63,298 nucleotides of DNA, filler included, from Reticulomyxa filosa (GCA_000512085.1; 18 parts of 18 records of this genome joined end to end with filler, not necessarily neighbours in it); one strand, 5' to 3'. Shown: positions 39,398 through 52,561, numbered from the whole stretch's first letter. The notes: generated by a model not told the origin, from the sequence alone. Translations and numbers: made by a program.

Positions 39398-41052
39398 ATG
39401 ATGATAACAACTTTTAAAGGAGGGTTTGTAGCTTGTGGAATTTCCGAACAGTTATTAAGACGAACAATCCTTCCTTTGTTACTCAATAGACGATTTTGTC
39501 AGTTGATCCAATCTCGAAGATACATGGAAGAAAAGCGTCGGCACACTGAGCAAATGAAAAAAAAGAGAGAACAATACAGTGTATTATTAAGGGCAGCACC
39601 TACCGAATCCAAACAAGAAAGAAAGTTGATTCGAAAAATGCGAAATGTTGAAGAGATCATGGAATATCTTCAAGATCACCCATCTCAAGAAATTTCGATA
39701 TATTCTATGGCAGTGCAAAGGTGTTCAGACTTGAGAAATCCGGACGCAATCTCTAGAATTATTCAAATATTGCAAAAAAAGAAGATTAAGTTTGACAAGA
39801 TATTTTGTAGCCGAGTGTTGGATTGTTTGTGTACGTGGGAGAAATTTGAGTTACAAAAGCTTTATTTTGAGCAATGGTTTTCGAAAGAGCGGAAGCAATC
39901 AGAAGAAGATGGACAATTGATTCCCGATGCCATTGTGTGTAGTATAATGATAAAAGGATGTGCAAAGAGAGGAGACTTGAAGCAGGCATTAAGCTATTTG
40001 CAGTTAATGATTGAAGAGTATAACATTCAACCGAATGTAATAATATGTAATTCATTGTTGTCTGTGTGTGGGAATGCCCGTGATATGAAAAGTGCGGAGA
40101 TAATTTGGGAAGCAATGAAAGAGCATCCTGCTATTCAAATCAATACAGTTTCAATTAAGCGATGTTGAATGTGTATGCCAAATGTGGAAATGTAGCCAAA
40201 ATGATGGACATTTTAAACTATTCGCAAAGGCCCGACGAGCATTTTGTTGCAATCAATGAAATGTCATGCACAACAATTATGTCTGGATTTTTAAAAGCAA
40301 ACAAAGTGAAAGCAATGTTTGATTTTTATGAACATCAAATCCCTGAGTTGGCCTTACGAAATGTCATTAATATGAAACACAAGCCAATGCTCGCATTGAA
40401 AAGTATCGGCCATTTGCAAATGCTGGACATATTGCATGCTGATCAAACTGATACATTGCGATTCCATCACGAACAATTCCTAAACACTTTTCACACTGAA
40501 ATGTATCCCAAAGTCCAATCCAAATCGACTACTCCCATTTCGATCAAGGATGTCGAAAATTTGATGATATCATACATTTTGCTACATAAACGACATTGGA
40601 TGGATGCCGTGAAAGATATCGAAATGACAATATTTCAAAACCCAAAGTATATGCGTTTATTGAACTTTTGGGACAAAAGTACTACCAATCAACAACAGAC
40701 AGTGCTGCATTTGTATCGCACACCCACTATTGCCACAACCTTTCTGCTGAGGTATTTGATGACCTTTCAACGAAACGAATTGAATGCACACTTTAAAGAT
40801 GGCCCTATCAAAATCACCTTTGCGAAACTACAATATGCAAATAAGCTAAAAACTGATAGATTCAACAAATACGAACTTTCAAAAAAGAAATCCATTGAAC
40901 ATGAACTAAACAAATGGAAGGTCCCAATTCGATTAGAACCAGACAAGGAAAATCCAATGATATATTGTTTAAATCAATCCGATGTGTCGTTGTTCTTTCA
41001 AACTGTGCCTTTGGGTACTGATTGTCTACAATCGTCGATATCAAACAATTAA
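39398..41052 (+). CDS. PPR protein with a probable degenerate C-terminal Smr-like domain; single-base gap at 40158/40159
   Basis: PPR repeats 'PDAIVCSIMIKGCAKRGDLKQA', 'QPNVIICNSLLSVCG', 'MLNVYAKCG', 'CTTIMSGFLK'. C-terminal 'VLHLYRTP..ATTFLLRYL..PIKITF' resembles Smr spacing. Confidence 0.85.
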
Positions 41053-41311
41053 AAATAGTGCTGTTCACGTTTTACATTTCCTTTTGTTCATTTGTAATGC
41101 ACCCTCACTATTTTCTTCTCGTGAATTTTTTTTTTTTTAGACTAAAAAATCTGAAGTAAGCAAAAGTTTGTGAGACGCCAGCCAGAAAAGAGTTCGCACT
41201 AAATGTAATACNNNNNNNNNNNNNNNNNNNNNNNNNNNNNNNNNNNNNNNNNNNNTTAATTAATTAANNNNNNNNNNNNNNNNNNNNNNNNNNNNNNNNN
41301 NNNNNNNNNNN

Positions 41312-42756
41312 TCCAAAAAAAAAAAAAAAAAAAATTTAAGGCGTGTAATTGATCCCCTTTTTTACATGTACCAACAAAACAAAACTCTCGTGAAGAGCGT
41401 TTTTGTCTTCATCTTCAAATAAAGTCGTCGCATAATGGTTGAGCGCAGTGACAAAGATCAAGGCATCCACACCAGAGAAATGTTGAACCCATTTGCGACG
41501 TTCGCTCCTTTGTCCTATTTTCAACACAAAAAAAAAAACAAACAAACAAAATGTATAAATATATTACCAAAAAAAAAAAAATGTGTACATGTACAAAAAA
41601 AAAAAAAAAAGAAACCTCCAACGTCGTAAATGCGAAAGGTTTGTTCTTTGAGTTTGGGATCGATATATTCATAATAATACCAGCCAGTGGTGCGATAGCT
41701 GACTTTGAAGCAATCTTCGTCGGAGCAATTGTAATCAGGTTTCATAATGTCCTCGATTTTGTTGAGATAAAAGTCCATGTTGTCGGGTAGGCTGAACGAG
41801 TCGCGTTCGTGAAATGTACTCTGCACACCCTTTAGATTCCACAAGCGCTGGATGATTTTGCCCATGTTTTCAATGGCCTCCCAATCCCCCGTCTGCGTGT
41901 GATGCAGCGGGAAGGACGAGGATGCTTGCACTGGCGATTGACTGCCATTGTCGAGCTTCGACTCCTCGCGCTTCTCTTCGGGAGACGACGTCGAGGATTG
42001 GATCAATGCCACTTGGCTGGAATGGCTTTCAAGCTTCGCCGCGGCGTTCGATGGTGAATTGTTTTGCGTCGAATCAAAGATCGACTGACCGACTGTTGTC
42101 CACCATTGATACAATTCCGTTATGCCACTCGCTGTTGTCGCGTCGTTAAAGTCTACGTAACAATTGCGGTATCGCTCTTTGTCTCTCAGGTACAATTGCT
42201 CCGACTTTTTCAATATTGTCAGTATCGATTGCACGCAATTCGTTCGAATTATCTCCAAACAGTGCACATAGTCTTGTGGTAAAAAGGGGTCCCCTTGGAT
42301 GCACCTCCTGCGTTATATAACATAACAACATTTTTTTTTTTTTTTTTAAAAACTCTTCAAAATTTTTTTTGATATGTTGGATTTTTTTTAATAAGGTTAA
42401 ACATTGTATGTTCATTTTTTTTTTTTTATAAAGTCATTCTAAAGGTCCATTTTTTTTTCTCCCAAGTCGATGGAAATAACTTTGGTTTACGTTTGGAAAT
42501 TAAAAAAAAAAAAAGGTCATTGGGAAGGAGAGCAAACATAACGAAAAATATGGAGAGGGGAGAAAAAAAAAAAGGGACGGAAAAACGAATAAAACACTCG
42601 CTCGTTTGTCAACACAAAACATAACAGTTGCTTGAATAGCGTCGACTTTCCTGATGAACCTGTTCCAAGCAGTAGCAAATGCCTCGTCCTTTTCATGGAG
42701 CGCTCATCTTGTCGTAAATGATAGTCAATCCCTTCTTTATTCTGACAGCACCCCAT
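41312..42756 (-). CDS. Heterotrimeric G-protein alpha subunit, multi-exon, 3'-truncated
   Basis: MGCC lipidation N-terminus, 'LLLLGTGSSGKSTLFKQ', 'RTTG', 'DVGG/QRSERRKW'. Confidence 0.93.
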
Positions 42757-43240
42757 TTGCTACTGATTTTTTGTTGACTAAGGAAAAAAAACAAAAAACT
42801 CTAATTTTTCTTTTGGCAAAACGAAAAGTGGCTCGTAAAGACAGGCAGCATCCAGTATCTCTCTTGGTAGAAATTTTATTGATAGAAACATCACAGCTAT
42901 GGTTTTGATTTTAGTTTTTTATTAAATCTTTTCCAATCATTTCGAAATTTGAATACTTTATGGAATTTTGGAAAAGTTGACAGTAATGACTTTTTTTAGA
43001 ATTTTCAAAAAATATTTTACAACAAATTTTGCAGTCAAAATTAGTTGAATAAATACATCAAACACAAAAATTATCGATAGAATAAAAAAAAAGACTACAA
43101 AGTAAATTTTAATGTCATGATGCGAAAGAAACGTTTTTCGAATTTGACTCTTTAATTTGTTTGACTTTTTTTGCCATTGCGTATTTTCAGTTTCTTGGCT
43201 TGAAATTTTATCATTTTTTTATTTTTGTTGTGATACAATA

Positions 43241-43385
43241 CAGTATATTGCAAAAAAAACTGACATACCTAAATGGCACTATACGAAGAGAATCGATTTT
43301 CTCAATGAAAAATAGATATTTAAACATAGTTTTTTTTTTTTAATATATACTAATCTTGTAGTTTTTAAATATTAATTTTTTTTTT
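43241..43385 (+). mobile_element. Left arm of the Tc1-like MITE family, cut by the contig end
   Basis: TA|CAGTATATTGCAAAAAAAACTGACATACCTAAATGGCACTATACGAAGAGAATCGATTTTCTCAATGAAAA...TGTAGTTTTTAAATATT matches 13381-13507. Confidence 0.72.
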
Positions 43386-43496
43386 NNNNNNNNNNNNNNN
43401 NNNNNNNNNNNNNNNNNNNNNNNNNNNNNTTAATTAATTAANNNNNNNNNNNNNNNNNNNNNNNNNNNNNNNNNNNNNNNNNNNNAAAAAAAAAAC

Positions 43497-43529
<33 letters not shown>

Positions 43530-43533
<4 letters not shown>

Positions 43534-45885
43534 GAATTAAACAAAGAATCCAATCCAAACATTCGTTGGGCACTTTTTCGATAATTTTTTGGAGCACTGA
43601 TTGCCATATTGATCGACGAAAAAGACGGTGAGTTCGGGCTCTCTTCGGTCGTCGACGGAACAGATTTCTTTCAAGAAGAGGATTTTCACATGCAGAGGGT
43701 AGTGCATGTCGACCAAGATACGTTGGATCACCCGACAGCTATACTGATTCATGCTCAAGTCCCTCACGTGTCCTGAAAACACAGCCTCGATCACTTTCAA
43801 GCCGATCCATCGCAATTCCTTGTTATGACTATCGACAAGGTTGTGATCTGCGGCGGTAATGGTAGTCATTGCAGACGTCATCGTCGTCATTGTTGTTGTG
43901 TCCATAGTCCAAATATCGCGGTCACGAGGATTAATGCCATTCGTTCTGCACATCCCCAAGACCCTTTGGCAAAGCACGGATTCCATTTCGGGCTCGTTGC
44001 GTGTACGTTCGCATGTAATTTCCAACAGCTTTTGGACAATGTAGTTGCCAAAAATATGCTTACACAGACCCACGCCGTGGGGGATGATCATGATCTCGAC
44101 CAAGCGTCGCAAATCCCTCGCGCCGGTGCTCTTCTCGTCGCAGATCTTTTGTACGTAGCGACTGCCAAACTTGTCTTCGCACAAATTCCTCAGCAGCTTG
44201 GGATAGCCCAGCAGATCTTGCAACGAGCATTTGTAATGCTGCAACACACGCGTGTCCAACGCTCGGGGATCGTTCACCTTTTCCATCTGCTTCAGCATCA
44301 CATGTTTGGATTTGACCACGCACAATGAACCCGGCGCATTTGCGCCATCCAACAAGTTCATGATTGATCCTCCTCCTCCGACCAATACCCGACCGTTGCC
44401 ACTTGTATTTTTCGTTTTGTCGTTATTATTATTATTATTATTGCTATTGCTTTCAACAATACCAATACTAGTGTCTTTACTCTGATAATGGTGATGAGAG
44501 TGGTGATAACTGTTGCTTGTACTTACATTGCTATCCAATGCCTGATCACCACCACTGCCGACTTGTCCGTGGTCGGTCGCGTGGATCAACGAGATCCGTG
44601 CCATGTCGCCGGGGACCTGGCTGTGATTCAACGCGTAGGCGGCGCTGCCAATGTGCGACTGCGACAGCAAGCCGTCGTACGCGTAGCTGTACATTTGAGG
44701 GGACGTCTGCGGCGTGACGTTGCGACTGCGACTTCGATTGTCCGTTTGGGTGCGGCTGTATGTTATCGTGTTATACGTATCGCTGTACGTATCGCTAAAG
44801 TTGTTGGCCCCCAGTGTGGGAGACCCTGCTCTGCTGTCTCCTCCTGTTCCTGCTCCCCCTTGGACACCAGTGGCAAAGCCAGCATTGCTCTCAAGTAGAC
44901 AATGCAAGATGGAACTTGAATGCTTGACATTGCGATTAGTTCTGATTGATGGTGTTAGGTAGTTATTACTATTACTGCAACTGTTATTGTTATTGTTGTT
45001 GTTGTTATTAGTATTAATGATGGTAGTGTTGTTACTATACACATAACCCGCGGTTCGTGTCGGATAATATAAAGTGTGACTCATGCTGCATGGGCTGATA
45101 TCACCATCCATCACACCCAAACTGGCGATTCGAGGGGTCTCATCGTCTTCACTATCTAAGTGGTTTACCAAAACTCGAAGTTGGTTCATTTTTTTTTTTG
45201 CATCATTTTTTTTCTGTTCTTTTTCGGCTTTTCTTCTTTTTTGTTTTTCTTGTCTTTGTCCTCTTTCTTCTCCCACTTCTTCTTCCTCTTTCTCCTCTAA
45301 AATCGACTTCGACACCAACACTGCGCTGCTATCCTCATTATCCTGGCTCATTCCGAAATACGCCTCCAAGGCTGGCAAGTGGAGACAGTCGCAGCCATGG
45401 CCGTTGGCACTGGGCTGCTCCTTGCTCAAAAACTTGGCCGCCACGTCAGCTTCATGGTGATGACACGCCTCGTTGGTCATGTGGCTTCCTTGGTAATGAT
45501 CCAGTGCGTAGTCCACAAATGGAGTGACGCTTAAGATATCCGAATTCTCCAATTCCATTGCTCGGCTTGGGTTTGGCCAAGCCTTCGATGACGGTGAGTC
45601 ACTGCTCGGTCGCACTATGTCCACTTTTTTTCCTATCAATGCAGGTGACGCCGATGTCCCCACTCCTACTCCCAATGACATACCGTATTTCCACGTCGTC
45701 AAAAGGTTCTCATCCATGCTGTTGTTCGAACACACTGATGCTGTTCCGCTATATTCGTCTCCGCTCTCGTCCACTATTGTTGAGTCGTTCATTGCAAAGT
45801 GTAAACCCGTTTTCGCTTCCCAAGTTCCTGCATTTGGTGAAGCAGACCTTGTCATTGAAGTTGCTTCGTCTCTTGGTGACAACAT
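43530..45885 (-). CDS. Pumilio/PUF RNA-binding protein: long low-complexity N-terminus and PUF repeats 1-4, 3'-truncated
   Basis: 'DKFGSRYVQK', 'HIFGNYIVQK', 'NQYSCRVIQR', 'DQYGN(H)VLQK' (the last after a one-base gap at about 43597). Confidence 0.9.
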
Positions 45886-47473
45886 TTTTTTCTCTCTCTC
45901 TAATTTGATCCAAATTATGCTAAACACAAATAAGGAGAGAAAAAAAAAAAGTTTTGGAGAATTATCCACTCGACCTTCTTACTTTTTCAAACGTTAAGTG
46001 CTGGTGGTCGACTGGATAGGTCTCACAATTTATCCAAAAAATTACCAAGTCTACTGAAACAACACGGTACTATGGCAATCATACCAAATTTTACTTATCT
46101 TCTGCATTTTACAATTTAATAAAAACTCAAACTTTGCATTCTCATATGAAAACAGTACTAGTCTTTCCAATGTACTACTTTTTATTTTTTGTGAACACTT
46201 TAGATTTCTTAATAAAACATAATTCTATAATAAAATGCAAAAAAACCATGTCGAAACTAGCAAACTAAATGCGAATAAAAAAGATAAAGATCCAGTTTAA
46301 CAAAAAGAGTTACACAAAGTAATCCGTAAAATACACTTGTTGTTTTTCATTATAATTCTATTCCCCGTCTCTTTTCTTAATTTTGACCTATGCTATTGCG
46401 TCTGAACAAGTTTTCTACAAGTCTTTATAGTTCACCTTTACTACCTTAAAAAAACTCTTTAGTAAAATATGCACAAGTTTTTTTAAAAGATTCAATTCGC
46501 AAACTAGCAATAAACTTGAAACTGAGTTAGTCCGCCTTATTCAAATGACATAGATCATATTAAAAAAAAGAAAAAGAAACAAATAATACTTATAATATAA
46601 AAAAATTTATCATGTTGTAATATTTGTTGGCTTTGCATTGTTTTGTTTTTTATTACTTTGTCTTTTGATAGAATTTGTATCTGATTTAATGCAATCTGAA
46701 GTGTCTGCACCACCAGATTAAGCTCTTCAACTTTTTTTGCCAAAGAAAGAGACCATATCTTTATCCGTTTATTTTCTTTTGATTATTGAAATTTTTATAA
46801 ATTTTTTATTCAAATGATTGTGATGTTTGTCTATTTTGCTTTAATTTTAATTTAGTATATTTACTTTTTCAATATTTTCAACTGATTGCTTTTCTTCGAA
46901 ACATTTTCCTTTCTACTTGTCCTATTGTAAAATAAACATTTTTTTAACAGCATTAACATCTAATTTTTGTTTTACTTGTTTAGTTAATAATTATTTCTTG
47001 CACAAAACCAATTCGCAACTTTTCTTTTTCTTTTTATTTTCTAGCTGTTCGACCGAATTGTAATGAATGTAGACAACATATTGTGATTTTAAAGATCTAT
47101 CATCCGCAAGTTCTGCATTGATGTAGTCAGTAACTAACTCAAACACAAATCTTTTTTGGAAATGTTGAAAATTGTTATCAAGTAGTCTATATTTTCTTTT
47201 TTAATATGGATAAGTTGTTTGCGCTATCCAGTCATTTGCCTGAATGTTACTTTTAAAACTTGCACTTTCCAATTTTTTTTTTCAGTTGCCAACTTAAGAT
47301 AGATTAAAAAACATAACAACAAACTTTTTCATTTAATTTTTTGTAAGTGCTATATTTATTCGCAGTGATGTAGAAAAGTCCGTGACAACTCAGTTAAGGT
47401 CAACGATCCTGTAAGCTTTGGACCAGACAAGCCTTTTCCTTTTTATATTTTTTTGAAATAATAAGTGCATGAA

Positions 47474-48780
47474 ATGAGCCTTTCAAAAATTGTGAAAAAC
47501 ACTTATTCTTTCAATACTTCCTCCAGCGTGAAAAGCATTGCAACTGAAGCTAAGTCGTCATTGACTTCCAGTACCGAAAAAGATGGAGAGAATTTTTTCC
47601 TCCCGAGTGCAGACTACCTTAGCCCAACGAAGACAGTATTAGAAAATGGTGAGCAACAACGAATGTGTTTGAACCACTTCCAACAAGCAAGCCTCTGTAA
47701 TAAACATACAATAAAAAGGTTGGTTGATTGAAAAGCCGCAAAACGAGGAGAAGACGACAGTGAGCGGGATCCAAAGTACGCACGAGCATCAACACAATAA
47801 GAACATCAAGTTAGTTGTAAAAAAAAAAAAAATTTGGGGAAGGGAAAAAAAAAAAAAATTTTTGTTTTGTTTTATCCTGGTGCAAGACAGATTCTCGCAT
47901 GGAACAACAACATTGGGTTTTGTGTTTGATGAAGGCATAATAATCGCAGTGGACAGCCGTGCGTCCATGGGCTCGTACATTGGATCGGGAACAGTGAAGA
48001 AAGTAATTGAGATTAATGAGTATCTGTTGGGGACAATGGCCGGGGGTGCCGCTGATTGCGCTTTTTGGGAAAGGATGTTGGCACGAGATGTTAAGTTTCC
48101 ATTTTATTTTTTTTTTTTTTGAAGCTTAAAAAAAAAAAATTATGTAATATACATATAAATATAAAAATAAATAAATATAAGTATTTTATATGTATGTGTA
48201 CACATAAAATAAAAAATGCATGAAATTAGTGTCGAGTATATGAACTGCGCAATGGCGAGCGCATATCGGTTGCAGCGGCTTCGAAAATGCTGTGCAATTT
48301 TTTGATTAGCTATAAAAACTACGGATTGTCGGTTGGATCGATGGTAGCCGGATGGGACAAACGCGGACCGCAATTGTATTACGTGGACAGCGATGCCATG
48401 CGACTGAAGGCTGAATTCGGATTTAGTGTTGGAAGTGGCAGCACTTTTGCTTATGGTGTACTTGATACGGAATACCGCAGAGATTTGACCATCGAGGACG
48501 CAATTTCTCTGGCCAAAAGAGCCATTTATCATGCTACTCATCGAGACGCTTATTCAGGAGGATATGTCAATGGTTTGTTTTTTTTTTTTTTTTTTTTTTT
48601 TTGAAGGAACATATTTTGGTGTTACAATTTACAAAATCATTAAAAAATATTACTTTTTTTTTTATATGTATATAAAATACAAAATAAAAAGTGTATCATA
48701 TTGCTCAAAAGGGATGGCGCCAAATTAGTCATGAAGATGCATTTGATTTGCATCAACGTTATTCCCTCAGCGATATTTGA
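47474..48780 (+). CDS. PSMB5: 20S proteasome subunit beta5. Introns 47649-47718, 47810-47890, 48090-48229, 48573-48691
   Basis: 'HG|TTTLGF', 'AVDSRASMG', '[12 protein letters not shown]', 'ISVAAASK', 'SVGSGS', '[10 protein letters not shown]'. Confidence 0.96.
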
Positions 48781-48797
48781 ATAACAGCAGCTCGTAC

Positions 48798-49484
48798 ATG
48801 CCAACGGTTGTATGTGGCCCGTCAGGAGTTGGCAAAGGCACGTTGTTGACTTATTTGAAACAATACTATACCAACGCCTTTGCTGTGTCAGTGTCACATA
48901 CAACAAGACAACCACGGCCGGGAGAAGTAAATGGAGAGACCTATCATTTTGTTTCGCGTGAACAATTTGAGCAAGGCATCTCTCGTGGTGAATTTGTTGA
49001 ATATGCTGATGTGCATGGCAATTGGTACGGCACGTCCAAACAAGCATTGCGAGATGTCGCCGACCGCAAAAAAATTGCTTTGCTCGAAATTGATGTTCAA
49101 GGGGCTCAAAACATTAAAAAACTTTCTGGCGTCAAGGCATTTTACTTGTTTATAACAATGACAGGTTATTTTGACAACAACAAACTTCTGCCTGATTGTT
49201 TGGTCTTGTTTTGATTATTCTAAACTCTTCACACTCATTTTTGTTATCAAACATTGAAAGGTGGTATTGAACTATTATCTCCAAGACTAGCCGGACGAGG
49301 AACAGAAACAATTGAACAAGTTGAAAAGAGAATGAAAACAGCTGAAAAGGAATTAGACTTTTTCGCAAATAATAGAGGATTCTTTGATAAGGTTATTACC
49401 AATGATGATCTGAAAAAATCACAACAAGATATTACACGCATCTTTGCGGAATGGTATCCTTGGATCCAAACCCAACACAAATAA
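48798..49484 (+). CDS. GUK1: Guanylate kinase; intron 49165-49260 (possibly fused to PSMB5)
   Basis: 'GPSGVGKGT', 'SHTTRQPRPGEVNG..YHF', 'HGNWYGT', 'EIDVQGA', 'RGTET'. Confidence 0.95.
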
Positions 49485-49939
49485 TCTGTGTAAATGTGTA
49501 TGTGTTGGTTTAATTCGTGCATTGTCCATTTTTGAATGGATCTGATTTTGAGTTTACCGTTTTCTCTCCAAAAGCAACTTGTTTATTTTCAATTCAATGA
49601 CTCGTTTGACCTTCGTCGTTGAAATAATACCTCTCTATTTTGCAACTTAATCATTGCAGAGATTTTTTTTAAAAATATGTTTTCACATTTCCATATTGTT
49701 TTATCTCTTCAAATGCAATCTTTCTTTTTATCAAGAAAAGATTACTGAAAAACTACAAAAATTGTTATTGAGTTTAGGATTGCTGTTGCCTTTATTTAAT
49801 ATTCGATAGATCTTTTTCCTCCAGCTTTGTTCACTTTGACAGGATGTCATGTTCAAAATTTGTTTTTGCAACATGATTAAAAATAATTTTGGTTACCAGT
49901 TGTGGATACTGGGAATCCAACAACAAGAAACTTTTCAAA

Positions 49940-51010
49940 TCAACTCGGAACAGGTTTGTCAGTGGCAGTTTTGTCCTCGTGTATGTGCATATTTAAATAT
50001 TTAGCCAACATGAGTTGCTTTCTTTTTTCTAAAATTGCAGCATTGACCTCTTCTTGTGTTGGAATGATCCCTTTCATAGTGATGGGATTGACTCTTTTTC
50101 TTTTTTTTTGTTGAGACCCAGCACTAGGTTGTTGCCATGGCCTTTCATCATTGCCTTCTTTCCATTCCAATTTGTTTTGATCGTCATTCGGCATTACTGC
50201 AAAACCAAATGGTGTCACATTTGAATTTTGCCTTCTCCATTCCTTCATTCTGCCTTCACGGGCTAAACAAATTACAGCAATATTTGCGCAAAGGTTTTAT
50301 AATTATTTTTTTATTAAAAAAAGGGATCCACCTACCTTTCATTTCTTGCTGTTTTTCTCTCCAAATGATCTCGCCATCATCGTCATCACCAAATCCATAG
50401 TAATCTGCGTTAATAATATCGTACATGTCTTTACGACTACGCTTTCGCGAATCTCTGTATCCACCCCGACGAAGCCCACTATTTGTTGTGATTTCTTCTT
50501 CATTCACTTGTAGCAGTTCCCTTACTCCTGGTAAGTCACGTGCCGCTCCAAAATATAAATAACCTCCACGACCACTGATACTCATACTTTCAATTCCTTT
50601 GCCTCCCCTTTTCATTGTATAGTCCATGCCACCTTTTTTTTTTTTTTTTTGAGCACAATGTAAAACTTTCCGATTAATTGCATAACCCCTTCCCATTTTT
50701 AGTCACACACAAAAAATGAATTACCGAGTTCTTTTATCCTTCGCTCCCAGTGTCTCTTTTCGCGCAATAGCTTATTGATACGATCATTCAAATCACGGAT
50801 GCGATGCTCTCCTAGTGATGCATTTTGGATTTCTGAGACATTTTTGGAAATTTCCTTAATTATCTGCCCTCGCCATTTTTCTGCCTTATGCAGGTCGTTA
50901 CAAAGCTCTGCCAGATATGGTCTTTGCTCTTTTGGCCCCTTGGCTTCTTCTTCCTTGTACCGAAGCCATCTTGCTAACATCGTTTGTGCTTTTTCTTGAT
51001 TGCGTGCCAT
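49940..51010 (-). CDS. ISY1: Pre-mRNA splicing factor ISY1, three exons
   Basis: 'MARNQEKAQ', 'IRDLNDRINKLLREKRHWE', 'YLYFGAARDLPGVRELL', 'DYYGF', 'PTQEEV'. Confidence 0.95.
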
Positions 51011-51411
51011 TTTTCAGCTTTTTATATATTAGATAAATATTTGAAATGTTATTTCAAATGTAAAATCGATGATGTGGCGTATTATGGAGGGGAAATTCCA
51101 CTGAATGTCAAAAAACTCCTCAAAAATAGAAACAACTCCCTTTCGTTCAACAATGTTCTTGATTTAAGAAAAAAGTACAAAAATGTTTCAGTGTTGCACA
51201 TGCTAATAAGTATGTGACAAATTCAAGACCGAAAAAAAGATGGCAATAGTAATGACTTTACAGTGCTTACATAGCAAAAGTCGCAAAAAGAAAGACCGAT
51301 AACCTTGTTTGCAATGACTCAAAGGCACACAGATATGGTGTTGTGCTTAATACGTTTTTTTTTCCTCCTCCTCCCTTCAAATAACGACAAAAAAAAAGTT
51401 ATATATTGCAT

Positions 51412-52530
51412 TTATGACAAGTTGCTTATCTCATTCCTTCCATCCCAAAGCCTTGTTGTCTTTTTCTTTAACATCGGTAGAGAATTGCCACAAATGCTCA
51501 TCGTCCAATTTTTCTTGCGCTTTAAAATCTTCTTCCAACACTTGTTGGATAATCGTATCCTCTTTGAAGGAATAGGATTCCTGTGCGTGTGATCCACATA
51601 CAATTACCCAAAGAATGTTATGTTTGTTAGAGTTGAAGAAGGGCATTAAAAAAACAAACCTGTTGATACATCGACAGCATTTCAATTTTTTCATATAGCC
51701 TCATCAACCTACTGAAGTTGATGATTCCATCTTTCCTTTCAACATTGCCTTCGTCGATGAACACGATATCTTGCAATAAGACACCGATGTGAAGAATAGC
51801 AGGGGTTGGAGCTTGTCGATGAAGTTTTCGCAATTCAGCCCAGTTGTGTCCAGAATCAAAAATTTGTTGAATTTCCGTAAAGGCTTCTTCATGTTTCTTT
51901 GGCAAGGTCTGATTCATATTGTATAGTACACAACAATGTTAATTGACTATTCGTCGTCATAAAGACACAGATCAACAACAACAACAACAACAACAACATA
52001 AGAAATTGTAAATAAACATACACTCCAGCAAGATTTCAGTCTATAGATCGGGTTCGACATCAATGCAACTTTCACAGAGCAACAAGAGCTAAAGTTTCTC
52101 ATTTCCAACAAATGCTATATATTATATACATATATGTATGTGTATATAAATAAATTTATACAATCATTTTTTAAAAAAGAAAAAGGGGTCGCTATTTTGG
52201 AAAGTACCGAACAAACATACCCCTGCGACTTCCACACATTTCTTGAGCACTTTGGTACGTTCTCGGAGAGACGAGGCGGTCAAAATCAAGACTTGGATCC
52301 ATTTGGACACTTTGTTGAATTGCTCGATCATTGCCATGACATTTGGGGCGCGCTTGTCACGGTCTTTTTTTTTCCATGCTTGTCCTAAGCACTCTCTTTT
52401 TTGAATGTTTTTGAAGATTTTGAAATCCATCATTGATATTTGCTATGAGGGGGAGGGGGGGAGGTTCCAACGTATATATTATTGCATGTAATTTCAAACA
52501 TTCCTTTTTACTATTAAATTAATATATCGC

Positions 52531-52561
<31 letters not shown>

